A DNA stretch of 64,000 nt from a virus: IMG/VR virus record IMGVR_UViG_3300030419_002557, positions 1 through 64,000 of that record. The stretch is one strand, 5' to 3'. A program made the translations under genes and the position numbers. The notes beneath the pieces are model-generated. The model was not told where the DNA came from. It did not search any database and worked only from the letters and a program-made list of their open reading frames with translations. Shown piece by piece: positions 37,403-45,314 of this stretch. The stretch's first letter is position 1. Each line of letters opens with the position of its first letter.

Positions 37403-37863
37403 AGCATGCTGTCTTCTACGATTATCGGTTCTGTTTTCTCCTCCATCATGAGTTGTCGGTACATGATAAACGGTTGAAGTTTCACGGGTTTATTCTCTCC
37501 TCCGTTGTGATTGACGCGGGTGCATCTGATGTCTGGCAGGTTGGTCAGCGGTCCCAGGTGGTCGCAGTTGATGTCGAACACATAGTCCGCAAAAACATAC
37601 CGTTCGTTTGAGACTACACCTATGTTCTCTACACTTAGTGGACGCCTCTTGTTCTGCTGCTGGCATGCCCACACCACCCACCTTGTCGCAAGGATTGTTG
37701 GGCTGGTGAAGCGGGGCTTTGTTTGCCCCTGGTAGAGATCGACCATGAACTTCAAGAGCATGTCGCCCACCGTCCTGGCGTCTCCACCTTCGGGTAGCCA
37801 GTGGCAGACCTTTGCATAGGTCTCCACCCCTACGTTGAATCGCACAAGGTAGACCTTTGTCAT
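37399..37863 (-). CDS. Hypothetical protein
   Basis: 154 aa, ATGA-coupled. Confidence 0.55.
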   Translation of the reverse strand: MTKVYLVRFNVGVETYAKVCHWLPEGGDARTVGDMLLKFMVDLYQGQTKPRFTSPTILATRWVVWACQQQNKRRPLSVENIGVVSNERYVFADYVFDINCDHLGPLTNLPDIRCTRVNHNGGENKPVKLQPFIMYRQLMMEEKTEPIIVEDSML

Positions 37864-38015
37864 GGCTTCTTCCTTTCGCGTGGGTCTTTGGGCAGCAGTT
37901 CCCAGATGTCTGGTTCGTACTGCACAAAGGTTTTTTGTCCAGGCTCAAGGATCTTCTTAGACTCCACCCACTTTCGTCGGTGTGTCGGGTTGAGTTTTTT
38001 GTCTAAGAGTTTCAT
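37860..38015 (-). CDS. Small hypothetical protein (51 aa), not in the ORF track
   Basis: MKLLDKKLNPTHRRKW...RKKP*; ATGA overlaps at both ends. Confidence 0.5.
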   Translation of the reverse strand: MKLLDKKLNPTHRRKWVESKKILEPGQKTFVQYEPDIWELLPKDPRERKKP

Positions 38016-38425
38016 TTGAACCCCCCGTCATTCATCGATGGGGGCTCCTGCATCTGCTCACTGAGCCTATCCATGTAGTCATTCGTCCATGCATAAAGAG
38101 CCCGCTCGATCAGGATGGCTGCTCGCTTGCTTGGAACCTTCGTCAGGAATCCCTTGCGAGTGCCTTTGTCGTATGGGACAGGGGTTGCAAACTGTTCTGC
38201 CGTGATGTCCAGTACCTGCCCGCTCGGGTCGATTAGATACCAGTGCGGCGCACCTTCGTGACGGACAAAGCAGGGCGTGTACCCTGCATCCTTCCCGCCA
38301 AGCAAGTGGTAGGCCGCCTCGGATGCGACGTAGCAGTGGCCTGTGACGGGGCAATCGCTGCCCCGCCAAGGCTCACGCCTCAAGTCGTCGCTTACTTCAA
38401 GCGCATCGAGTAGTGCGTTCATCAT
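38012..38425 (-). CDS. YunG-like papain-fold protein (Cys-His-Asp)
   Basis: TGHCYVASEA..HWYL..VLDITAEQF. Confidence 0.55.
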   Translation of the reverse strand: MMNALLDALEVSDDLRREPWRGSDCPVTGHCYVASEAAYHLLGGKDAGYTPCFVRHEGAPHWYLIDPSGQVLDITAEQFATPVPYDKGTRKGFLTKVPSKRAAILIERALYAWTNDYMDRLSEQMQEPPSMNDGGFK

Positions 38426-38916
38426 TGCTTACCTCCAATCATGTGCATGATTGAGATGGGAGCATCGACAAGGTCACGGGGATGCATGTCGTCCATGCCC
38501 CATGGTGCGTCCTCGTAGCCCCGGACTCGCTCTTGAGTTGACTTCGAGATGATCCGCAGCAGCCTGTAGCCGTCGCTATCGTAGTAGTCGTTCGACTCGC
38601 ATGACTGGTACTCAAGGCAGCCGATGGCCTTGAACATCTCGCCTGGTGTGAGAGGGTTGACCTCAAAGTATTGGAGCAGCTTGTCACGGAAGATGTAGGT
38701 GTCGTCGCCGCCACTGACCCGTTCGTGGTCGTGGTTGGGGTAGCGAGTGTCAAGACTCCTGACGTTCTCCTTGTCAAGGATAGTGACGAGCAGCCTGCCT
38801 TCATCCATGAAGGAGTTGGAAGGGTCCTCAAAGGTGTATTGGCGGTACTGGCGGGTGCCGATGTAGCTCCCGACGATAGCGCATAGGTGGGTAAGGGTGC
38901 ATTGAAATGCTGACAT
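38422..38916 (-). CDS. Conserved phage hypothetical protein
   Basis: GAGGCAACC-ATG at 38916; ENVRSLDTRY..CLEYQSCE..GYEDAPWG. Confidence 0.65.
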   Translation of the reverse strand: MSAFQCTLTHLCAIVGSYIGTRQYRQYTFEDPSNSFMDEGRLLVTILDKENVRSLDTRYPNHDHERVSGGDDTYIFRDKLLQYFEVNPLTPGEMFKAIGCLEYQSCESNDYYDSDGYRLLRIISKSTQERVRGYEDAPWGMDDMHPRDLVDAPISIMHMIGGKQ

Positions 38917-38992
38917 GGTTGCCTCAATAGTTGTTAGTCGGTTGAAAGATGGGCAGTTTCGTGACGTGCCCAGGTCTTGCCTCACGTTTTGT

Positions 38993-39535
38993 TCAGGCCA
39001 GCCTGACTGGCATGACCACTGCTGACACAAGCCTCTCCACGTTTGTGACCAGGATTGGTCCGAGTGGATCGGTTGGCTTCTGGGTGACGGTGATCTCTCC
39101 ATCGCCTACCCACTTGAGTGCGGCGTTGAGCAGTACAGCGTTCACCCCTGCCTTCTCATGGTGCAGCTTCTGGATAGGCCAGCCGTGTTGGTCGAGGATC
39201 TCAGGGTTGATACCCAGGGTCTGCTTCTCCCATGAGGGTCCAGTCGCGGCGTGGACATCGGCGTGGGTTCGAAGCCACTCATCATGGCGCTCGCTTCCAA
39301 TGAGGTCGAGTGCGATGCTGCCATTGGTCACTGCAATGCGCGGTGCGTTGAATCCTTTGGCGAGCATAAGCCCTCCGATTCCCGTGCTCTTGAACGTGAA
39401 CCGCTTCAGGCCCAGGTCCTTTGGGTTCCACACCCTTTCGCTTTCCCGCTGACGGATAAGCTCCTCAGCGGCCTGTCGGAATGCGCGGGCCATTGCGGTC
39501 CCGGCTCGGTTGATTGTCTTGTCATGGTTGAACAT
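38993..39535 (-). CDS. Hypothetical protein
   Basis: GAGGCAAC start; C-terminal AVVMPVRL resembles sliding-clamp-like phage proteins. Confidence 0.55.
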   Translation of the reverse strand: MFNHDKTINRAGTAMARAFRQAAEELIRQRESERVWNPKDLGLKRFTFKSTGIGGLMLAKGFNAPRIAVTNGSIALDLIGSERHDEWLRTHADVHAATGPSWEKQTLGINPEILDQHGWPIQKLHHEKAGVNAVLLNAALKWVGDGEITVTQKPTDPLGPILVTNVERLVSAVVMPVRLA

Positions 39536-39586
39536 GGTTGCCTCCGTTTGTTCATAGTGTAAGTAGCATAGCTACGGTTTGTGAGT

Positions 39587-39602
39587 TGTCACGGTATGTC
39601 AC
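39587..39602 (-). promoter_or_regulatory. TGTCAC-N4-TGTCAC repeat
   Basis: TGTCACGGTATGTCAC, intergenic. Confidence 0.6.
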
Positions 39603-39604
39603 AA

Positions 39605-39850
39605 CTATTTGAATGCAGCCTGCACCACCCGTCCTTCCGGGCTGATGACTGCGTGCAGTGTCCAGCCTGGTTTCGGTGTGGCCGTCTTACTGTTCGCCTG
39701 CCTTGTCCACTTGAGGATCATGACCAGGCACACGTTGCCTGAGTCATCCATTGCTGGTGTGTCCCAGTTGATAGCGCTTGTGCCTGTGTCCTTTCGGTAC
39801 GAGTCCACTAAGGCGGTGATGATCTTTTCCTGGGCTTTGGTCTTACCCAT
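39605..39850 (-). CDS. Hypothetical protein
   Basis: Coupled 81-aa ORF, RBS GGAGGT. Confidence 0.55.
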   Translation of the reverse strand: MGKTKAQEKIITALVDSYRKDTGTSAINWDTPAMDDSGNVCLVMILKWTRQANSKTATPKPGWTLHAVISPEGRVVQAAFK

Positions 39851-40205
39851 AGATCACCTCCCCAAAGCAAGCCATCTGGATGATGGCGTCGGCAATGTCG
39901 GAGCCGACATCGCTACTGTCTCCCTCTGCTACCAGTCTTCTGATTGCGGACATGTAGTAGTCGTTGAGCGGTGCCTTCACGAACAGGTCGAGCGCGGCCT
40001 GCTCTACCTTCTCTCGGGTCAGGCTGTACGATGTTTCATCATCATCCGAATCGATGACAAGGTAGGACTTGTATGCCCCGTCCTCGCCCGTGTTGTCGAT
40101 GGCTCCAGCCATGGCCCAGTAGCCAATGCCGTAGCCTGCCATGTCTACGATGCCTTCGTAGTCGTCTTGTGACAGTTCAAAAGTGATTGCTGATGTCGCC
40201 ATCAC
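39843..40205 (-). CDS. Conserved phage hypothetical protein
   Basis: GIGYWA...ADAIIQMACFGEVIYG. Confidence 0.65.
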   Translation of the reverse strand: MMATSAITFELSQDDYEGIVDMAGYGIGYWAMAGAIDNTGEDGAYKSYLVIDSDDDETSYSLTREKVEQAALDLFVKAPLNDYYMSAIRRLVAEGDSSDVGSDIADAIIQMACFGEVIYG

Positions 40206-40642
40206 TCACCTCCTTCTTCGGCTTTGTTGGGCCGGTCAAGATTGTTGTAGTGGACATAGAGTTGCGTGCGAACATCGCGCTTCCCTGTCGGATCGAACAC
40301 CGTCCACTTCTCGTAGTGCGAAGACCAGCGGGTGATGTCCATCGCTTGGCGCTCCTCGTCACTCAGGGCATCCCACTCCTCTACGGTGTATCCCTCATCA
40401 GTCCCCTGTGGAGTTTCAACCCACGTCGTAAGACCTGTGAACTCAAAGCCACAAGCCTTGACCTCTTCGTGCAGTTCTTCAAGCACCTCCGTTTGGTGCC
40501 TCCCGCCCCATGGGAGTCCGCCGTCTCGCACAAGCAGATGGATGGTGACGCTCCCGCAGGGGTGAATCATGAGTGAAAGCACTTTAGTGCCAGGGTTTGT
40601 CAAACTCGCAATGACTTGCGTTGGTTGCTTCTCAGCTTCCAT
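40202..40642 (-). CDS. Hypothetical protein
   Basis: GAGGCAACA-ATG at 40642. Confidence 0.6.
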   Translation of the reverse strand: MEAEKQPTQVIASLTNPGTKVLSLMIHPCGSVTIHLLVRDGGLPWGGRHQTEVLEELHEEVKACGFEFTGLTTWVETPQGTDEGYTVEEWDALSDEERQAMDITRWSSHYEKWTVFDPTGKRDVRTQLYVHYNNLDRPNKAEEGGE

Positions 40643-40757
40643 TGTTGCCTCAGTGTTGTTGTTGTTGTTGTCGGTCAAGTTCTTGTCCTACGATATACAA
40701 AACGAAACGAATCGGGTTTAGCGGACAAAGAAAGTTTATTTTATTTTCGGCAGGCTC

Positions 40758-40880
40758 TCAGTCCCTCATCGAGATGATGAAGCAGAACACTGCCACCAAG
40801 AGGAAAGCACCTGCCAGGGTGTCCAAGATGACATGCCCTTGCTGGGCTGGCTGGTCAATCATCTGGTATTGGATCTTCAT
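40758..40880 (-). CDS. 40-aa single-TM protein, not in the ORF track
   Basis: MKIQYQMIDQPAQQGHVILDTLAGAFLLVAVFCFIISMRD*. Confidence 0.4.
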   Translation of the reverse strand: MKIQYQMIDQPAQQGHVILDTLAGAFLLVAVFCFIISMRD

Positions 40881-40884
40881 AGAT

Positions 40885-41180
40885 ATACCGTGGGATCTTA
40901 GAGTATATATATATAAATTAATTATCTAACTAATAGCTTTTGAGAGTAGAGGGGAGTGTGAGGGGAGAAGAGAACTTTGATTCCCGCTCTCGCTCTCCGT
41001 TTGGACGGTGACCAAACAGGAACCTAATGATTCCAGACGGTTGGCCACCGCCCTTGGGACGCCTGTCCTCCCCTTGGGACGGTTGCGCTTCACACTTGGG
41101 ACGCTTTGTTTCATGCACCGCAGTCATTTCAATGGTTTACGATTGTCTTTTGGGACACTATCGTCTCGCGACTGGGACGC
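40885..41180. other. Candidate replication origin: iteron array plus AT-rich tract
   Basis: TTGGGAC at 41054, 41074, 41096, 41150 and CTGGGAC at 41172 (reverse complement of the initiator iterons); AT-rich 40900-40940; purine-rich tract 40942-40975. Confidence 0.6.
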
Positions 41181-41342
41181 TTTGTTACCACGCAGCCAAT
41201 GAGCAAGTGCTCGTGCAACGATCTTCTCAAGGGGGGAAGGCTTACTCACGTTCTTGTTCCTCGATTGACTTGATGAATCCATGTGCCTCACTAACAGCCC
41301 AAGCAAACACAAGTATCCACAAGACTTGAAGTGTGAGCCAGA

Positions 41343-41636
41343 TCATTCCTCACCTCCTTTGAATGCTGGTTGGTATGAGTGAATGACAATCCAAGTCGTG
41401 TCGTGGTTGGTCCATCCTTTCAGGAAGGCCTTGCCCCACAGCATGAGGGCGGCCTGGTCTGAGTCCAGGTTGTGGACCACTTCAAACCTGGCCACGGGGC
41501 TTGGCTCTCCATCGACAGGCCACGTCGTGTAGCATCGTTGCAGTTGTTCGCACCCGACTTGGTCGGGCAGGTTCTCCAACTCTGCGATGTAAAGGTGGGA
41601 CACCTTGTCGACTGGTGCTTTGTATTGACTATTCAT
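41343..41636 (-). CDS. Hypothetical protein
   Basis: GAGGCAACTA-ATG. Confidence 0.6.
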   Translation of the reverse strand: MNSQYKAPVDKVSHLYIAELENLPDQVGCEQLQRCYTTWPVDGEPSPVARFEVVHNLDSDQAALMLWGKAFLKGWTNHDTTWIVIHSYQPAFKGGEE

Positions 41637-41745
41637 TAGTTGCCTCGGTGCCCATTGCTGGGCGTGTGTTGGGTTCTAAGGTGGGGGTCAGGGCTTGGGT
41701 AGGGGAATGCCTACCCTCACCCCTTGGTCGCCGTTAGAGGGCATT

Positions 41746-42063
41746 CTACGCGCTCTCGCTAATGGTTGGCGCGGTAGCCTGGTTTGCTTTCTCCCATGCT
41801 ACTTCTGCCTCTTCTTCTTCCAAGCACTCCTCGCACATGAAGGCATCGCCTATCGTAATCGATGGACTGAGCCACTCACGATTGAAGAGTTCACCGCATC
41901 CGTCGCAGCATTCGGCGCAGTCTTCGCAGACATCGCCTTCCTCTAAGGTTTCGAACCAGCCCTCGCATTGCTCGCACTGTTCCCAGTCACGGGGGATAGG
42001 TTGCTCATAGGTGGCCCTGAAGCAGGCCTCGGTGTACTCATCGCATAGGTGTCGGTCGCTCAT
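41746..42063 (-). CDS. Acidic multi-CxxC zinc-ribbon protein
   Basis: CEQC, CEDC, CDGC, CEEC; GAGGCAACC-ATG. Confidence 0.6.
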   Translation of the reverse strand: MSDRHLCDEYTEACFRATYEQPIPRDWEQCEQCEGWFETLEEGDVCEDCAECCDGCGELFNREWLSPSITIGDAFMCEECLEEEEAEVAWEKANQATAPTISESA

Positions 42064-42353
42064 GGTTGCCTCCAAAGGTTGGGGTCGTCGGGTAGCACTT
42101 CAAGCACATCGTCGCCCCAGTTGTTCCAGATGTCCCGCACACTCTCGACCTCGCACCGTTCAAGGCGTCGGACAATCAGTAGGGAGCCTACTCCGTTGCC
42201 GTTCCGGCCTGAGTGTTTCGCGTTGCCGCTACCGAATCGGTTCACTTGAACCATGAAGCCAGCATCGGCCAGCCTGTCGGCCAGTGCCTCGCGCTCCTGG
42301 TGTGACATGGGAAGGTTCTCCCCGGTTAGCAGGATGGGAAAGGTGTCGGTCAT
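42060..42353 (-). CDS. Hypothetical protein
   Basis: GAGGCAACT-ATG. Confidence 0.6.
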   Translation of the reverse strand: MTDTFPILLTGENLPMSHQEREALADRLADAGFMVQVNRFGSGNAKHSGRNGNGVGSLLIVRRLERCEVESVRDIWNNWGDDVLEVLPDDPNLWRQP

Positions 42354-42406
42354 AGTTGCCTCCAGTGTTAGCTGTTTGTTTATACTGTCGCAGTGCGACT
42401 ATGTCT

Positions 42407-42422
42407 TGTCACGAAATGTCAC
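42407..42422 (-). promoter_or_regulatory. TGTCAC-N4-TGTCAC repeat
   Basis: TGTCACGAAATGTCAC, identical to 37377-37392. Confidence 0.6.
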
Positions 42423-42425
42423 GGG

Positions 42426-42848
42426 TCAGTAGCCCATAGCCTCGGCGTACTGGTCGTAGTGTCGAGAGCTTTCATACTCCTGCCAGTTCGGCCAGCCTGG
42501 GTCGTCCTCGTACTTGTTCACCCATTCGGTGCCGGTGTGGACAGTGCCGTCCGGGTCAACCTCTTTCCATTCCTGCCACTTGCCACCCAGGTAGCGTTGT
42601 GTGGTCCTGGCTTTCATCTCAGACCAGGGGCAGAAGTCCACACTCTCGGATGAGATCTTGCCATCGCAGTCCTTTCCGTAGGTGTAGTAGGTCCGGTAGA
42701 CTCCCTCGATGTCAGCATCAAAGGTGACGCAGCCTCCTTCGTAGCCTTCATCGGTGGGTTGATGCCACCCGTGCTGGATGGTGTCGCCGGGTTTCATAGT
42801 GAGGATCACCTCGCCGTCGTTTATCCATGCTTTGAATCTCATTGTCAT
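42426..42848 (-). CDS. Conserved phage hypothetical protein
   Basis: PTDEGY..GKDCDG..DQYAEAMGY; ATGA-coupled. Confidence 0.6.
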   Translation of the reverse strand: MTMRFKAWINDGEVILTMKPGDTIQHGWHQPTDEGYEGGCVTFDADIEGVYRTYYTYGKDCDGKISSESVDFCPWSEMKARTTQRYLGGKWQEWKEVDPDGTVHTGTEWVNKYEDDPGWPNWQEYESSRHYDQYAEAMGY

Positions 42849-43120
42849 TCTCCCTCGTAGCCCTGTGACCAGGGCGAGTAGCTGGTGTCCCACCCCTCCT
42901 CTTCAAGCTCCTCCTGCACCTCATTGGCGAAGTCGTAGAACTTTCTGATTCGGTCGTAGCTGTTGCTCAACAAGACCTGCTCGGCGCGGTTCAGACACTC
43001 GTCTGCTCCGTTGTCGAAGGCCAAGTCGATGTTCGAGACCATGCCCATCAATCCGCTGATGAGTTCACCGAATCGGTGGTGGTCTTCAAAGTAGATCGCT
43101 TTCAAGTTCTTCTTGTTCAT
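42845..43120 (-). CDS. Hypothetical protein
   Basis: GAGGCAACCA-ATG. Confidence 0.6.
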   Translation of the reverse strand: MNKKNLKAIYFEDHHRFGELISGLMGMVSNIDLAFDNGADECLNRAEQVLLSNSYDRIRKFYDFANEVQEELEEEGWDTSYSPWSQGYEGE

Positions 43121-43139
43121 TGGTTGCCTCGTTGGTTGG

Positions 43140-43337
43140 TTAGAGTCCAGGTTGGCGAGCGTCGGCAGCAGCACACCAGATGTCTTCTGGTACGCAGCTA
43201 TGGTGAGCTACAATCCACCCACGGTCATCTTGCCCGACGAGCGAGCCTTGCCTTTCGCCTACCCTGCGCTTGCAGTAGCGGCACCAGCCTGCGAATTTGT
43301 TGCGTCGGAACGGGGTCTCACGGTCGATGCGGTTCAT
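43140..43337 (-). CDS. Small Zn-binding protein
   Basis: NKFAGWCRYC..GSL..HHSC; GAGGCAAC start. Confidence 0.55.
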   Translation of the reverse strand: MNRIDRETPFRRNKFAGWCRYCKRRVGERQGSLVGQDDRGWIVAHHSCVPEDIWCAAADARQPGL

Positions 43338-43352
43338 TGGTTGCCTCTCAGG

Positions 43353-43676
43353 TTAGCCAGCGTTGAAGCTGGCAATGATCACAGGGTTTTCTGGGGTGAA
43401 GTCAGCGACTCCGATCTTGGTCACCTCAAGTTGCTCCGGGTCGTCAACCCAGCCGTGGTACATGCCAGATCGTGGCTCAGTGGTCCCGTCTTGGAAGACC
43501 ATCACCCATCCTGCCTTCTGGGTGCGATCCCACTTGCGGTCATCCCACTCGTGGTAGGGGCCGGGGTAGGTGTATCGAGCCTCGGTTTCATCGGTCGCAA
43601 TGACGACGAATGAATCCCATTCATCGTAGCCACCGTTGTCAAGCCTCTTTACGAGGTAGATGTTCTTGCTGTTCAT
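43353..43676 (-). CDS. Conserved phage hypothetical protein
   Basis: GYDEWDSFVVIA..EAR..VTKIGVA..VIIASFNAG. Confidence 0.65.
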   Translation of the reverse strand: MNSKNIYLVKRLDNGGYDEWDSFVVIATDETEARYTYPGPYHEWDDRKWDRTQKAGWVMVFQDGTTEPRSGMYHGWVDDPEQLEVTKIGVADFTPENPVIIASFNAG

Positions 43677-43734
43677 TGTTGCCTCTCACTTAGAAAGACG
43701 ATGCCCGCCCTGGTAGGCGGACAAAGTCTTTCAG

Positions 43735-43768
43735 TTTTTTTTTGATAGGCTCGCAGCCTATCGTTTTT
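43735..43768 (+). terminator. Hairpin followed by a U-tract on the + (antisense) strand
   Basis: GATAGGC-TCGCA-GCCTATC-GTTTTT. Confidence 0.45.
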
Positions 43769-44144
43769 ATGCGGACACCACGGTCATCACCGCTGGGTTG
43801 GGTCCGAAGTTCCACACCAGTCCGTGCTCGGTAAGCACATCGAAGATTCTGTTCCAACCTTCGATGACCTCGGTGCCTTCGTAGGTCGGGTTGGGGATGT
43901 AGTCCTCGGTGAGGATCACCACCAGCGCATCCGGTTCCCACTGGCTGGGGTCCTCCTCTCCGAGGTAGGTGCGGTGGATGATGGCTGCACGCACTTGCTT
44001 TCTGAGGTGGGAGTGAGTGAGCGGTGAGCTACCGTCCTTGGTATCCAGTCCAAGGTCCGCAGCGATGCGTTCACCGAACTCGTTGTAGATGGCCTGCCTT
44101 ACTTGGAGCAGCGTGTTTAGTTTATGGATCGATGGTTCAATCAT
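43767..44144 (-). CDS. Hypothetical protein
   Basis: GAGGCAACCA-ATG at 44144. Confidence 0.6.
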   Translation of the reverse strand: MIEPSIHKLNTLLQVRQAIYNEFGERIAADLGLDTKDGSSPLTHSHLRKQVRAAIIHRTYLGEEDPSQWEPDALVVILTEDYIPNPTYEGTEVIEGWNRIFDVLTEHGLVWNFGPNPAVMTVVSA

Positions 44145-44234
44145 TGGTTGCCTCGCTTGTTGAAAGTGGTGGGGGCATCGCACCCCCAAGGACCGCTCGT
44201 GTCTTCTTGCCAGTGGTCTGTAGGCGGGTAGGGA

Positions 44235-44591
44235 TCATCCGGTGTAGACCATCCCTGCGGTTTCAAGGGCTTCTCGAAAGCCACCCTTCATCACTGAGCA
44301 GCCTTCTGCATACTGGGATGACACCAGCCAGATGTCCTGGTCAACAAACCAGAACAGGATGGGCCCTCGCTCGTAGTTGCAGGTGACCTCCCAGGCGGGG
44401 CCGCTGATCTCCTTGTAGCGGTAGTCGGGCGCTCCCCATGGGTCGGTGTAGTATTCCTTGACTCGCCTCTCCTCCTTCGGGTCGAAGCTCACATAGCAGG
44501 AGTCGTCTGGCATGCCTGCCTCTTTGGCGTTGGCACGCCATTCTGCTGCTACATGCTCGATCTTTTCCGGGGTAGGTGGTTTCCACTTCAT
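44235..44591 (-). CDS. Hypothetical protein
   Basis: RBS AGGAGA. Confidence 0.6.
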   Translation of the reverse strand: MKWKPPTPEKIEHVAAEWRANAKEAGMPDDSCYVSFDPKEERRVKEYYTDPWGAPDYRYKEISGPAWEVTCNYERGPILFWFVDQDIWLVSSQYAEGCSVMKGGFREALETAGMVYTG

Positions 44592-44594
44592 GGT

Positions 44595-44726
44595 CTATTC
44601 TCCTGCGTTGTAAACGTGGTAGCGCCCATCCAACTCACGTTGGACGAACAAGGTTGCCCAGGCCGGGTGGTGGTCACAGAATGTGATCGCTTCCCTGAGC
44701 GTCAAGAATGCTTTGATTGAATCCAT
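44595..44726 (-). CDS. Small hypothetical protein (43 aa), not in the ORF track
   Basis: GGGGAG RBS; MDSIKAFLTLREAITFCDHHP... Confidence 0.5.
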   Translation of the reverse strand: MDSIKAFLTLREAITFCDHHPAWATLFVQRELDGRYHVYNAGE

Positions 44727-44729
44727 GGT

Positions 44730-44879
44730 CTACTCCCCCACTTGGTAGGTGAACTCAAGGTTCCCCCAGGTCAAGCGGGCTTCAAGCTCCGCGCGTCGAC
44801 GTGTCGCAAAGCGACCGCCAAGGTTCTTGCCATTGAGAATCGCTTCCCATCTGCCGTGTCGTGAAATGATCGTGATCAT
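44730..44879 (-). CDS. Small hypothetical protein (49 aa), not in the ORF track
   Basis: GAGGCAACA-ATG; MITIISRHGRWEAILNGK... Confidence 0.55.
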   Translation of the reverse strand: MITIISRHGRWEAILNGKNLGGRFATRRRAELEARLTWGNLEFTYQVGE

Positions 44880-45034
44880 TGTTGCCTCTTGGTTGCGGAT
44901 CTATTAGATCCATTGACTGTATACTCAATAAAGGATCTATATATGGTGTGTGTGTTTATATATAGATCCTTGGATCAGTATAGAATCCAGGGGTTAGGTA
45001 AGGGTTAGTGGTAGGGTCAGTGTGTAGAGCACTG

Positions 45035-45217
45035 TCAATGCAATGGCCATGGGGTTGCCTCCTTAGTTTCGAGTTGGATGATGTCGGTTGTTTCACAGAT
45101 GACTTGGGCCTTGGCGTAGGCAGCCTTGGTCGCTATGCCCCAGGCAACTGCATACAGCAGGCCAGTGCGGACAGTAGGGTAGCCACCCAAGTGGTTCCAG
45201 GTTTTCAAGGTGTACAT
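45035..45217 (-). CDS. Small hypothetical protein, first ORF after the structured RNA
   Basis: RBS AAGGAGA. Confidence 0.5.
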   Translation of the reverse strand: MYTLKTWNHLGGYPTVRTGLLYAVAWGIATKAAYAKAQVICETTDIIQLETKEATPWPLH

Positions 45218-45226
45218 CGTTCTCCT

Positions 45227-45247
45227 TGTGGATAAGCCTGTGGATAA
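45227..45247. promoter_or_regulatory. Two perfect DnaA boxes in tandem
   Basis: TGTGGATAA (reverse complement of TTATCCACA) at 45227 and 45239. Confidence 0.6.
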
Positions 45248-45314
45248 GTCAGGCGGGTTGTTGACAATCTCAGTCTCAGTCAGCCTGTCAGCGTGGTGCT
45301 GCTCAAGCTCACGG

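Noticed and set aside
40926-41312. Short ORFs over the iteron array (one shares KRPK..PSQ with the initiator)
   Set aside because: Similarity is confined to the iteron DNA itself; no RBS
37377-42422. Pho boxes
   Set aside because: Period is 10 bp rather than 11 and the orientation is opposite; kept as an unknown regulator site
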